Below the pieces are notes generated by a model. It saw only the letters and a program-made list of their open reading frames with translations, did not search any database and was not told the origin of the DNA. Of a stretch of 64,000 nucleotides of DNA, positions 63,251-64,000 are shown piece after piece (within the stretch, counting starts at the first letter, position 1; each line of letters opens with the position of its first letter). The DNA is from Paraphysomonas bandaiensis (taxonomy: Eukaryota; Protista; Chrysophyceae), in assembly GCA_965644295.1 (NCBI GenBank), contig CBFFRP010000371.1, positions 62,001 through 126,000 of the forward strand, given 5' to 3'. The position numbers and the translations under genes are program-made.

Positions 63251-64000
63251 GCCGCTTGTGATAACGTTTGTTTTGTTATCTGTTTGAATTTTATATCGTG
63301 GTTGTATTATTCGTAGCAAGATTCTATTGCGCAGAATATTCGGTTTCCTGAGACACTTTCAAAGTTATCGCAGTTGCTATTGTCTCAGCAATCATTTGCT
63401 TTAGCTATTGTATAAATTTGGGAATATGATTTTAATTGCCGTTCTCGTTTACAGATGTCTTTCATTTTGAAACAATATCAACTCATATTGTTATCAGGGA
63501 ATACTTATTTCCTCCAACGCAGCAAGCCACAAGTATATATATATTACATTATCTGTATTGATTATTAACTGATTTAACCTTTGCAAGAAGATAAGGATAA
63601 AAGAGTACCAACTTTCAATAAGTACAGCAGCTTCGTACAAGGGATAAATACTATTAGCCGGAAATTTCCAACTCGAAAACGAGCTACTACTTACTAACAC
63701 AGACTTCCGATATCTTGCTTTAAGGGTATTGAATTAACACCAATATTGAATGAATAAGAATAGCGACAACAAGAAAACTTCAATGAAAGCTACAGCTAAT
63801 GTACAATGTACCCCGACTGCGAGATATTGAAATTCGTACATAAGTGTGATGATGAGTGTAAAAAAATTTCCCCGTGCTAATATGAGTGTTCTGTTGAACC
63901 CATTTCAGGTCGAACAAAAAACAAAATAGAGATAATATCTCTTAACAAAAGAAAGGAGAAGATATTTATGTTTAACTTCAAAGGACTAACGGTTACATAC

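Noticed and set aside
63494-64000. Hydrophobic minus-strand fragments ending WLAALEEISIP (CPBP/CAAX-protease-like EE motif?)
   Set aside because: Frames are interrupted by stops, no consistent splice model was found, and the region is truncated by the window edge.

Overview
Eukaryotic nuclear DNA, AT-rich between genes, with many short (~45-70 nt) GT-AG introns. Gene content (CFAP65, MYB3R, LNR/PT-repeat surface protein, GT41-methyltransferase fusion) suggests a flagellated protist, probably a stramenopile (inference). About 19 protein genes can be supported: a partial PX-PH protein, an EF-hand protein, an F-box-like protein, an SGNH hydrolase, NDUFA6, a potato-inhibitor-I protein, a signal-peptide OGT-like GT41 fused to a SAM methyltransferase, pyruvate kinase, a 1354-aa mucin-like receptor, a DnaJ/DnaJ-X protein, a family-16 methyltransferase, CFAP65, MYB3R, a C69 dipeptidase, a sulfotransferase, a flavodoxin-fold quinone reductase, a RAD51D-like protein and two unknown ORFs. 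Mobile DNA includes one fully bounded but decayed hAT element with an 8-bp TSD, further hAT remnants and MITE-like elements. There are also micro- and minisatellites. The most striking feature is in the C69 peptidase gene: three consecutive enlarged introns hold five box C/D snoRNA-like units. Four of them form an atypical two-subtype family sharing an invariant 24-nt apical hairpin and an antisense element to the 18S rRNA helix-27 sequence GGAGUAUGGUCGC. Exon boundaries were read by eye and are approximate.
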